64,000 nt of DNA, from the NCBI GenBank assembly GCA_964016885.1, contig OZ024743.1, positions 261,578,001-261,642,000 of the forward strand, in the 5' to 3' direction. The notes below the pieces were generated by a model. The model was not told where the DNA came from, made no database searches, and was given only the letters and a program-made list of their open reading frames with translations. Both the position numbers and the translations under genes were made by a program. Shown here piece by piece: positions 22,385-34,110 of this stretch; position 1 is the stretch's first letter, and every line of letters starts with the position of its first letter. The stretch is from Eledone cirrhosa (Eukaryota).

Positions 22385-23449
22385 TCAAAGTTAAGACACA
22401 TCTACGGACCAGCATCATTCGCGATCTCTTTTTTTGCAAATGACGCTGCACTTGTAGCAACATCTTTAGAGGAAGCACAGGAACACATAAACCGTTTTTC
22501 TGTTGCAAGTAAAGCCTTCGGGTTTGCCATCAACATAAAGAAACCAGAGGTGGTCCCCCAGCCATGCTCTATTCCCAAACAAATACAAGGTATCAAACAG
22601 AAACGACCAGTTCACCAGTTCCCAGATACCCCTATGGAGATCATGGGAAGAACCTCAAGTATGTGAAATCGTTCATATATCTTGGCTGTAAGGTGAACTC
22701 AAATCCATCTCTTGATGACGAGATAATTAATCGTAAAGGGAAAGCCACGAGTGCATTTGGTAAGCTCCATCATCGCCTTTAGAATAAGATGGACATAAAA
22801 CTGGGCACTAAGATACAGGTTTATAAAGCTGTTGTACTAACCATACTCTTATATGGATCAGAATCTTGGACACCATATAAGCCACACATCAACCAACTAA
22901 GCGTCTTTTATAAAAGTGGTCGTTGCACACTCGAAGACAAAATATCTAACGCTAACCTCTTCATCAAGTCATTGAAACCTTTCTTGTGAAATCACAACTA
23001 CGCTGGGCTGGTCATGTCATCAGAATGAAGGACAAAAGAATACCAAAAGTCCTCATGTAGCCAGCTTGATGGTGAATATAGAAATGTTGGACGGCCATGG
23101 CTCAGGTACAAAGACAAGCTGAAGAGTAATCTTTCAGCAACTAATATACATTATCAGACATTTGAGCAAGTGGCCTTGCAGCAGAAGAACCGGAGATCTC
23201 TGTGTCATAATGGGATTAGAAACTTCGAGCTCGGTTGTATCTATAGGCTACAAGAAGCAAGAGGGAGAAAAGCATTATTATACATGCCGGCAACATTGTC
23301 CAGTAAACCTCACTCTTGCATAATCTGTGGACTTGCTTGCAAATCCTTGGCAGGTCTAAAATGTCATATTCAGTATAAACATCCAAACTGAGGGAACAGA
23401 ATAGATTGTTCGGATCCTCATACGTCGAAATCGACGGGAGAGTCCATCA
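22385..23449 (+). mobile_element. decayed RTE (BovB-like) LINE 3' part with C-terminal C2H2 finger
   Basis: LF(F)ANDAAL, FIYLG..SLDDEIINR..KATSAFGKL, TKIQVYKAVVLTILLYGSESWT, QLRWAGHV, CIICGLACKSLAGLKCHIQYKH. Confidence 0.88.
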
Positions 23450-23495
23450 CACACACACATATATATATTCATTTTATTAAGGCTGAATAGTGAGC

Positions 23496-23541
23496 CTTGT
23501 TACTCTGGAGTTTCATGTTTATCACAGGGTCATCAGACAAG
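23496..23541 (-). ncRNA. type I hammerhead ribozyme motif (weak stem II)
   Basis: Minus strand: CTTGT-CTGATGA-CCCTGTGATAAACAT-GAAA-CTCCAGAG-TA-ACAAG; stems I and III perfect. Confidence 0.65.
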
Positions 23542-23544
23542 AAC

Positions 23545-23596
<52 letters not shown>

Positions 23597-23753
23597 GAGA
23601 GAGAGAGCAGTGTGAAGCAAGCAGGTAGTAGATGATGTTTTAGGGAAGATATAGAGAGGGAGAGAGAAATGGTAAAAGGGTAAGTTTAAAATAGATAGTC
23701 TGTAGAGTTAGTTGAGAGTGGAAAGAAGTAGTAGTAATAATAGAAACTTTGTG

Positions 23754-23910
<157 letters not shown>

Positions 23911-24185
23911 TTGTGTGTGTGTTTGTATGTATGTGTGTGTTTGTGTGTGTGTTTGTATGTATGTGTGTGTTTGTATGTATGTATATGTGTGTGTGTATGC
24001 GTTTGTATGTATGTATATATATGTGTGAGTCTGAGTATGTGAATGGACGCTGGCATGGCCAAGTAGTTAACAAGTTCGCTTCGCAATCAAGAGGAACCAG
24101 TTGCATATGATTACTGCTATACTCGCAGTCGAAATTGACGAAGAACCATTTACTTTTTTTTTACATGAGTGTTTTGTTTACATTT

Positions 24186-24665
24186 ATCAAAACAACAACA
24201 ATCATTACCACCGTTACCACCACCAACAATAAGAGCAACCCACATCACCACAACCACAACTAACAACGTCTATTACTACCGCCGCCACCAACAGCAACCA
24301 ATAACGCCACCACCACCACCGACAACAACACTATCAACAACCACCAGTAACAATATCGCCACCACCACCACCAACACAACACTACCACCACCAAAAACAA
24401 CAACACTATCAAGAACCACCAAAAACAACATTAATACCACCAACAACATCGCCATCACTAACACCACCATCAATACCACCACAACCACTAACACCACCAT
24501 CACGAACAACAGCAACCACCAACAACAACAACAATCAACACCACCACGAGCAATAGCAACCACCACCAAAAACATTATCAACACCACCATCACCATCACC
24601 ACTACCAACAACAACCAACACCACCACACCACCACAACAACAACAATAACCAATAACAGCAACCC
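24186..24665. repeat. degenerate (CAA/CAC)n trinucleotide tract
   Basis: Low-complexity ACC/ACA runs; source of the spurious poly-T and poly-V ORFs. Confidence 0.9.
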
Positions 24666-25032
24666 CAAATCACGGAGTGTTTTTGAGCAAATTATACCAA
24701 GTCAAAATGAAAAGACCCTTCTCATTTGTAAACAGAGTAATAGGATTTTTTTTTGTATAATGAGAGGAGGGCAGCGAACATGACAGTTTTGTAGGTCCTC
24801 TGGTGAATGATCTCCAGATAGGAGTTGGAAAACTTTCTTCAAAAGTAATTCGCTATAGGTAAGCATGACCAAGTGTTGGTGTTAAACAGTGCGACGGATT
24901 GAATGTACAGGTAAATAAAGGGAAACGGGAACTGTAGGTGCATAATTTAAAGAGAAAGAGAGAAAAAAAAAAGAGAGAGACGGTGTGTAAGAGACAGAGT
25001 AGAGTAAAGAAAGGGAGAGAGAGAGAGAGAGA

Positions 25033-25104
<72 letters not shown>

Positions 25105-25294
25105 AAGAGTAGAGAAAAAAGAAAAAAGTAGAGAATGAAAGTGAAAGAGAAAGAGAGAAAAAGTAAAGTGTAAGAGAAAATGAAAAAGAGAGATAGAGAA
25201 ACAGAGTGAGAGAGGAAGAGAAGGACAGACAGAGTAAGAGATGAAGTTAGAGAACTGCAGAATCTGAGATGGAGCCAGAGGTAAATGTAAAGTT

Positions 25295-25337
<43 letters not shown>

Positions 25338-25600
25338 GAATGAGTGAAAGTGCTATGTAGATGAAGAGAAAGTAAGGTAGTGTGTGAGGGCATTAGATAG
25401 AGAGAAAATGAATATGTGAGAGTGTAAGAGAGATGAAGGGTAACTACAGGTAGAGAAAGAAAGAGAGAAAGAGGGAGAAGAGAGATATTAAAACAGAGTG
25501 AGTGAGGGCTGTAGAACAAAATGTAAGTGAATATATGAGTGTAAGGGAGATGAAGAGTAAATATAGGTAGAGAGAAGATAGATACAGACGAGGAAGAGAA

Positions 25601-25637
<37 letters not shown>

Positions 25638-25964
25638 GAGAGAGAGAGAGAGAGAGGGAGAAATGAGAGATAGATAGTTAGTTAGATATATAATTAACGA
25701 AATAAGGTAAAGTAATATATATATATATAGTGAGAGAGACAGAGAAATAGTTATATAGAGAGGGAAGAATATACATTTATCTATCTATTTATCTATAAAT
25801 ATATTTACACACACACACACATCATCATCATCATCATCATTTTACGTCCGCTTTTCCCTGCTTATATATATATAAGTAGAAGGGATATTCAATTTGTTGG
25901 TAATTCAACAAATATAAATGTTTATAACTGATTCAGAGCACTCGACAGTTATTTCTGGAGTATA

Positions 25965-26055
25965 ATATACAATGATAATAAATAAATGGAAACTATATTT
26001 ATAAAATATGGTTTTATAAATATAGTTTCCATTTATTTAATATCATTGTATATAT
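25965..26055. repeat. AT-rich palindrome, about 42-bp arms
   Basis: TACAATGATAATAAATAAATGGAAACTATATTTATAAAA / TTTTATAAATATAGTTTCCATTTATTTAATATCATTGTA. Confidence 0.85.
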
Positions 26056-26074
26056 ATATATATATATAGGTTTA

Positions 26075-26160
26075 TCGGGAAGCCTACTCCCGACCAGGAT
26101 CGAACTTCAGACCAGGATCACCACCGTCTATGACTCCCCCAACTATGCCGCCGAGACAGC
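26075..26160 (-). mobile_element. tRNA-like SINE head
   Basis: Minus strand GGCGGCATAGTTGG...GTTCGATCC (A and B boxes); no good cloverleaf. Confidence 0.5.
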
Positions 26161-26581
26161 TACATATATATGTGTGTGTATGGTGGTGCTCCAGCAGGGC
26201 TGGAACAGGTAAAAGAGTATGAATACATCCATATATGTATGTATATATATATATATATATATATGTGTGTATGAGAGAGAAATATGTGTATGTGGGTAAT
26301 TGGTAAGAAAAAGGGAAATATATATAGTTGTTTAGAGTGAGAAACAGTAAAAGATAGAGAATGTGTATGTGTCTGAATGAGAGACTATCTGGTGAAGATG
26401 AAATGATGTAGAGAGAGGCAGTTGCTTAAAGGTAAAGGGAAATATAAATAGCTATTAGAGAGAAAGAGAGAGAATTATACAGAATAGAGGGAGAAAGGCT
26501 AGAGGTAAACTGAAAGATGGATACTTAGAGAGAGAGTGTGTGCATGATAGATAGAAAGAAAGACAGAGGGGCAGTGTGTGT

Positions 26582-26654
<73 letters not shown>

Positions 26655-26789
26655 GAAAGGGAGAGAGAGAGAGTAATAGATAGATAAAAAAAGAGTGATA
26701 GATAGATAGAAACAAAAAAGGAGGGGGAAGAGTTAGTGTATGTGATAGATAAATAGAAAGAGAAAGAGGGAGGGGGCAGAGTAAGTACA

Positions 26790-26948
26790 AACTATTCAGG
26801 TTACACCAAAATGGCGGAGCTACTGAGAGGCGACTGTGGGTGAAAAAAAGTTTTGCTGTACTTTCGACCTGCCTGGGCAAACGTAGAACAGTGAAACTAC
26901 AAGGCCCCTTTTACTAGGGATTAAGTCCTGGAAACTTTTAAGGTGATT
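26790..26948 (+). promoter_or_regulatory. candidate promoter / non-coding first exon
   Basis: YY1-like AAAATGGCGG at 26808-26817 in a unique island; possible donor AAG|GTGATT at 26943; GA-rich to CT-rich skew flips here. Confidence 0.4.
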
Positions 26949-28192
26949 AATTTTTCACTTTTTCTGTTTTTGTCTCATGTCAATAATTTAATTCTTTATA
27001 AAGTCAGGCCGTTCTCTCCCTCAGACACACGCACTCACTCTTTTCTCACCTTCCTTTGAAAAAAATAATAAATTCCTCTTTCTACATCATTTCGCTTTTT
27101 CCCTCTCTCTCTACAGTTCTTTCATTCAGTATTTCTATTTCATCTCCCATCTAATTTTCGCACACTGAATCTCTTAGCAATTTTCTATATCACTTTTTTC
27201 TCTAGTATCTCACCTTTTCACTTATGTCTTTCTCTTTATTTCACTTAATTGTCTATCTTTCTATATCTTTTTATTGGACTGCCCCATCTCTCTCTCTCAT
27301 CTTCTCTCTCTTCACCTTCCCTTTTCTATGTTTACTTTTTCTCCATCTTCCCTTCTCTGTGTCTACCTCTCTCTCTCTTCACTTTCTCTTTACATCTCAC
27401 TACCTTATGTTTTTCTCTCTCTTGGACTGCCTCTCTCACTCTCTACTTTTCACTAACTTTCACATGTTTTTCTATCTCTTGGAATGTCTCCGTCTCTTTC
27501 TCTTTATCTTTCATTTTCCATTCCTTTCACTATTTCTTTCTTCTCTGCTCTCATCTATACACATTTTCTCTCTTCGAAATGTTTTTTTTTTCTTTTTTGT
27601 ATTTCTCAAACTTTCGAAGTTTATTTTTCTTTGATCACTCTCTCTTTTCCCCACACGCTTTGTCATTTTATCTCTCCCTCTCTTTCCTTCTCTCTCTATC
27701 TCTCTCTCTCCCCATCCCCTTTTTCACTGCAAAACTTTTACATCTTTCCTCTTTCTCTCTTCTCTATTTACTCATTCACAATTCTGTTCCCTAACTATTC
27801 CTTATCTTACTACCATATCTATCTAGGCACTAGCATCTCCTTTCTGTCTCTCCCGCACACTAAATAAATATCTGCCTCTCTGTCACCTGTCACTAAACAA
27901 ATTTCTCTCTCTCGTCATCTTTTCTTTATTCGGGAAAAACGACCCGGTTTCGATTTCCAGTCCTTCGTTGCAGTTAATGAAGCTACTTCATTTTACATCT
28001 TTTTTACGTTGAATAACATGCCCTTGAGGAAGTAAGGCATGAACGTCATCACATGTCTATTTTCTTGCCCTTCTCTTTCTTTTCTCCCTCTATCTCTCTC
28101 ACATGTGTGTGCGTGTATATATATAGATATATATATATATATTATTCAAAATGTTAACAAATGAAAAATATTCGCATTATCAAAATATATAC

Positions 28193-28254
28193 TTTATTAT
28201 ATAGATTTCAAAGGTACTGTGTTATTTTTTTCAGTACGTCCTCATCAGACAAAA
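28193..28254 (-). ncRNA. type I hammerhead ribozyme motif, homolog of 17332-17393
   Basis: Minus strand: TTTTGT-CTGATGA-GGACGTACTG..CAGTACCTTT-GAAA-TCTATA-TA-ATAAAG. Confidence 0.75.
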
Positions 28255-28299
28255 GGAAAACTATTCGTTGAGTAATCAACGAAGCATATTAATCTTTGG

Positions 28300-28337
<38 letters not shown>

Positions 28338-29218
28338 GATAATATATTTTGCATACTTTGATTTATTCTAATTAAGTAATTTGTATAAACCGTTCCATCC
28401 GTAGTTAATATTCGTCACCCTGGTGGCTCTATATCCCTTATAATTTGAACACATATATTTATGTTTGAAATTTCTTCCTTGAGTTTATTTCATTATAAGG
28501 GAATATTGTGAGTTTTTAATTGGACAATTTATTTTATATATATATATATATACAGTGAGTGTCTTCTGTTATTATTCCTGGCAATATAATTACAATATGA
28601 CCCTCCCCAAATATAACTATATATATATATCCAATCCAGGACCTCATTCCCTGGTTGACCTTCACCACTTTCTGTTTGGCATTGGTCATGTTTTGGCCAG
28701 TTGCGGGTTGGTGAGGCTATTTGACCCATACTTGGCATATATCATCACCATCACCATATATATATATGATCAATTTATAGGAAAGTACCCGGTGGGGTTC
28801 GCTCAGAATTTTTTTCTAAACTGATTTCCTACACGCTCGCAAAATTCCCACCGAACAAAACTCCGATGCTGGAAAAATACGAGATCTTCACCTGACGACC
28901 CCCCCCCCCCCCCGTTTCCCGGAAAAAAGTCGATTGCGACCATGTCGGTCGGAGGTCAGATTAATTGAAAACATGAAAAAAAAAAAACGTAGAAACAAAA
29001 AATTCCTTGGCGAATCTCCGCGGGTGTTTTTCTGTAATTTACCATAAAAATATGGTAAATTTGTAGAAAAGCACTAGCTGTCGAAACGGCCGGAGCTCAG
29101 TCGTCGGGGTCCTGACTCTTTTCCTATTACCCACTCTACTGCCCTAAGTATCGAGTACTCTGGTGGGTTATGGTCCATTTGGTTCCTTACCACACTTTCT
29201 TTGTTTTATATATATATA

Positions 29219-31460
29219 TATCATCATCATTTTACGTCCGCTTTTCCCTGCTTGCAAGGGTGGGACGGGTCTTATTCAGCACAGCATCTCTCCACTTGTC
29301 ACGGTCCTTCTTCATCTTCACCTTCACTGTGAGCTTCTGAGGTCTGTTCTCACCACCCCCGCCCATGTTTTTCGTGGTCTACCCCAACCACGTCTTCCTT
29401 CAACTGGCATTTCCTGGCACTTCTTCACCCATCGGTCATCCTCCATGCATATCACATGTCCATACCACCACAGTCACCTCTCTCGCACACTACATTCTAT
29501 CTCTCTCAACACATCCATGCTGGGTCGTTCATGCACATTGACATTGCACATCCGACGGAGCATGCTTGCCTCATTTCTCTCCAGCCGTTGCATATCCTCT
29601 GCAGTTGCTGCCCATGTCTCACTACCATGCAGCATCGAGCTCCTCACACAGGCATCATATAACCAGCCTTTCGTACGCAGGGAGAAACCCTTCTTCGTCA
29701 GCAGAGGAAGCAGCTCCCTAAACTTCTTCCAACCCGTCCTTATTGTAGATACTATGGCCTCGGAACCCCCCCCCCCCCCCCTCCCGTGCTAATCTGATCT
29801 CCTAGTTACCGGAAGCTATCCACCACTTCTATAGCACCGCCTGCATTTGAAAAATGTATCTATCAATGCGACTTCTACTGTCTAATTTCTCTGTCCATCT
29901 ACTGCATACATATTTCTCCCTACCTGTTAGTTTGCCTGCTATCCCACTACATCTCTTGTGTACCCAGCATCTGCATTGTGTGCATTTTATAGAATTTATA
30001 CCAATTCCTTTTCTGCATATCGAACATGGCCATTTCCCTGACGGAATCAGAGTTTTGTCCTCTTTTCTACTCATCAACACTTTTGTCTTAGCTAGGGTCA
30101 CTCTCAGTCCTCTTGCTTCCAACTGCTGTTTCTATAGCCAGAATTTTATTCTCTAGCTCCTCTACTGATTCAGCTATAAGAACCAGATCGTCAGCATAGA
30201 GAAGTTCCCATGGACAGCCAGTCATAAACTCTGTTATGGCTTGGAGGACTATAATGAACAAGAGCGGGCTGAGAACTGAACCTTGATGTACTCCTACTTG
30301 TATCTGGAATTCTTCACTAAACTCCATTCCTACCCTGACTTTGCTGACAGCACTGCTGTACAAAGTTTGCACTGTCCTCACAAGCCATTCCTCAACACCT
30401 AGTTTCCTTAGGGACAACCAGATGACAGATCGGGGTACCCTGTCAAAGGCCTTCTCTAGGTCAACAAAGGCTAAGTATAGTGGCTTATTCTTCTCTAAGA
30501 ACCTCTCTTGTAATTGTCTCACCAAGAAGAGGGCATCTGTTGTACTTTTCCCAGGCACAAAACCAAACTGCATCTCATCTAGTTTGATTCTTTCTCTAAT
30601 TAGTTGTGCTAATATCCTTTCTGCCACTTTCATAACCTGATCCATCAGTTTTATACCCCTATAATTGCTCCTCTCCAGAGCATCCCCTTTACCTTTGTAC
30701 TAATTTATGAGAATACTGCTCCACCAGTCTTTGGGTATGACAGCGCCATATATAGCCTGATTGATGATGCATGCAACCAGTTTAGTGCCTACGTCCCCTG
30801 ATGCTTTCAGCATCTCAGCAACTATCCTCGATCAGCATCTCAGCAACTATCCCCAACGGTCCAGCAGCCTTACCATTTTTCATTTCCTTAATCGCCTCTT
30901 GGACCCTATATTCATCAATCTCAATAGCTGGTTCCTTTGTTGGATCTACTGAGGGTAATTTCTCTCTCCCATTCGTTCTCCACATTCATCAGTCTCTCAT
31001 AATGACATTTCCAGACCTCCTTTTTCTGATCATTCGTGACACTAAGTACACCGGCATCATTCCGGACACATTTATCTCCAACAACATCCTGATTTGCATT
31101 GACACACTGCCTTGCAATGTGGAACACTGCACGCCTCTGATCTTCCTGTCGCAGAACATTGGCAAACCTTCTACTCTCAGCCTTCCTGCGTGCTAAGTAC
31201 ACCTGATGTCTAGCTTCTCTCTTAGCGGCTGTATATCCTTCTCTACTCGCACCCTTTTTCCAAGCCTTCCATGCTAGTCTTTTGTCTCTAATGGCCTTAT
31301 CTACTGTGCTGTTCCACCACCAGGTCACTCTCTGTCTGGTTGGAGCTCTGTTTCATCAGTAGCCTGCAGTTAGTTGTCATATAAGAAATTCCAGTTATTA
31401 TCTATGTTTTACGTCTCTAAATCGTCTTCTTTTTCGTCATACACATCTTGAAGGGCTTTC
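29219..31460 (-). mobile_element. decayed RTE LINE (second PHD-bearing subfamily)
   Basis: MTWWWN..., QFGFVPGKSTTDA, DLEKAFD, GVHQGSVLSP, YADD, WPCSICRKGIGINSIKCTQCRCWVHKRC; frameshifts; (GAT)n tail at 29219. Confidence 0.93.
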
Positions 31461-31809
31461 CTATATATATATATATATATGTATATGTGTGTGTGTGTGT
31501 GGCCGAAACGTTAAGACTCTTTTCCTACTATATCAAGCGTTAAACTAATGTATCATCATGGAACTGTATCTACCGCTTTGTTGTTTATCCGTTTACTTTT
31601 CACACACACACACACACACATATGTAAACTCCCGGCCGCGACGTCAAGCGGTTTCGGCTTGTGTCCAAACTGTTTGGCACTGCAGTCTGGATTTTACATA
31701 TCTCTATATGCACTCTACATCTCCCCATGTATGAAGTACTCACACGATTTGTAGTCTCTCTCGGTCTCAGCACTGCAGACTATATATATATATATATCCA
31801 AAGTTAAGA

Positions 31810-33515
31810 CATGGGAGGACTTTGGGGTTAAGCTGGACTTCAGATCAGCAAATAGTGTTCTGGTAGACCATCTGCTAACTTAATAAAATGTCCTCCACGC
31901 CACTGTCAGGAATGTATCTGGGGTTCTCCTCTCTCCAGGTAGGTGCATCTTTGTGAGGTGGAGAGAATACTTTGCTGATCTCCTAAACCTGATCGCAACA
32001 GTATCTTCTGATGTACACAAGGTGCATCTTGGTGTAATGAATAACCTCTTGGAGGCTGAGATATCGAGCAATTAAAGAGCTCAAATGTGGCATGGTTGCT
32101 GGGGAGGATGAAATTCAGTTGAGATGTTAAAAACCTAAAATAGGGAAGGTATTTTTTGGCCGACTCCTGTGTATCGGATGGGCTGGATCTCTGGAAAGAC
32201 ATCTAAGCAATGGCAACCGGGTGTGATAATCCCAATTTTCAAAAAGGGAGACTAGTGAAATTGCTCCAATTATAGAGGGATATTCCTTGTTAAGCCTCCC
32301 CGGTAATGTCTATACTAAATCTTTGACAAAGACATGTGATATTGTCGAGTCCAAGCTAGCTGACAGTGTGGTTTTCAACTCGGACGCATTACAGCTAACC
32401 AAAGACAGGTCTTTGAGAAATCGTGTGAGTACTGTCAAGAAGCGTATGCTGGTTTCGTAGACCCAGACAAGGCATATGACTGCGTTCCACAGGACCTGTT
32501 GCAGAAGGTTCTGCAGGAGTATGGCCAGGAGATGAACAGCTTCTTGTTGCCCTGATGTCTCTATACAAAAGCCTTAGTATTTGTGTTCGGATAAATGGTG
32601 TTCAGTCGAAACCATTTAATGTGGATATGGGACTCTGCTAAGGGTGTGTATTGTAATCTCTCCTGTTCATAATCTCCATAAACAGAATTGACATACACAG
32701 TTGGGTTGGAAGTGGTATCAGAACTGCTGGGTCTAGGATCAGTTGGCTGAAATTGAAAATGACATGCTCACCAGAGGGAGATCTCTGATGAGCACTTGAT
32801 AGATTTGTTGCTGAGTGTTGCATGGCAGGAATGAAAATCAGTGCTGTGAAGACACTTATCCTCTCAAGGAAGCTTGTGCAGTGGACTCTATATGTGAGTG
32901 GAGTTCCACTGAAGCAGGTGAAGTTCAAGTATCATGGGGCCATGTTCATGAGTGATAGAAAGCAGGAAGCTGAATTAAGTGCAAGAATTGCAGGAGCTAG
33001 TGTAGTCATGAACCAGCTTCAGCATTTGGTAATCAGAAGGGAGGTAGGTGTAAAAGTCAAACTCGCTATCTTCAATTCGGTCTTTATGCCAACCCTTACC
33101 TATAGTCATGAATCTTGAGTAGTGATCGAAAGACTATGATCATGAATATAAGTGACTGAAATAGGGTTCCTCTAAACTGTTTATGGAGTAACATTGCTCA
33201 ATGGAGTGCATAGCATGGAGATCAGAAAGTTGCTCCAGATAGAAATGCTACTTCTCGAATGGAGAGATCACTGCTCTGATATTATGGACATGTGGTTAGA
33301 ATGTCCAAGGAAAGAATTGCAAGACAGATTTTTCAGGGAAAAACAACCAGCAGGGGACCCAGGGTAGGCTCTGAGCAAGATGGTTGGGTAACATCCATGA
33401 GCTTGGCTGGTTTTGCTTGGGGATCCAGCCCAATCAACTGGAGATGGTAGTTTCTAACAGGAGCCACTGGAAGGCGTGCGTGAGGACTCTGCCCCCATAA
33501 CCCTCCCAGCAACGA
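31810..33515 (+). mobile_element. heavily decayed RTE (Expander/Rex3-like) LINE
   Basis: WREYFADLLN, PIFKKGD..CSNYRGI, DKAYDCV, PLKQVKFKYHG, IFNSVFMPTLTYSHES, YGHVVRM remnants with many stops. Confidence 0.85.
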
Positions 33516-33715
33516 CTGTGTGGATTTCAGAGTCAGCTGTGATCACCATATCGATCGTGCTTCGAGCTGGTCGCTCGAGAAACATTTGTAATATGTCCAA
33601 TAAATTCCTTTCGTTGCAACACTGATTCTCTTTTTTTTTGTGATATATATATATATATATATATATATTATGAAATACTGTGTGCTTCTTGCTCATAATA
33701 ATTTCTATACTTTTC

Positions 33716-33751
<36 letters not shown>

Positions 33752-33799
33752 AGGGAGTATAATGTGAAGTTACTGTAGGTTCACCCAGGTCTTACTCAC

Positions 33800-34110
33800 A
33801 GAACTTTCTGGCTTGGTTTCTATGGCCAGATGCCCTTCCTAATGTCGACCACATTTACAGTATGTGCTAGGTGCTTTTTGTTTTTACACCTACATGACCA
33901 CTTTACAGTGTGTGCTGGGTGCCTTTTGTTGTGACACCTACACGACCACTTTACAGTTTGTGCTGGGTGCTTTTTGTTGTGACACCTACACGACCACTTT
34001 ACAGTGTGGGCTGGTGCTTTTTATCGTGACACCTACACAACCTTTTTATAGTGTGGGTTGTGTGCTTTTTGTCGTGACACCAAAAAGACCACTTTAAAGC
34101 GTGGACTGGA
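33800..34110 (-). repeat. RTE-3'UTR-derived element with internal tandem array (about 47 bp)
   Basis: GATGCCCTTCCTAA then repeated CCACTTTACAGTGTGTGCTGGGTGC..TTTTGTTGTGACACCTACACGA. Confidence 0.75.

Noticed and set aside
27224-27867. Hydrophobic F/L/S-rich ORFs
   Set aside because: CT-rich low-complexity DNA open in several frames
28890-29110. CTGACGA ... GAAACGGC..GTCGTC as a hammerhead
   Set aside because: Stem I pairs poorly and stem II would be about 185 nt; at best a decayed remnant (related repeat at 7550-7665)
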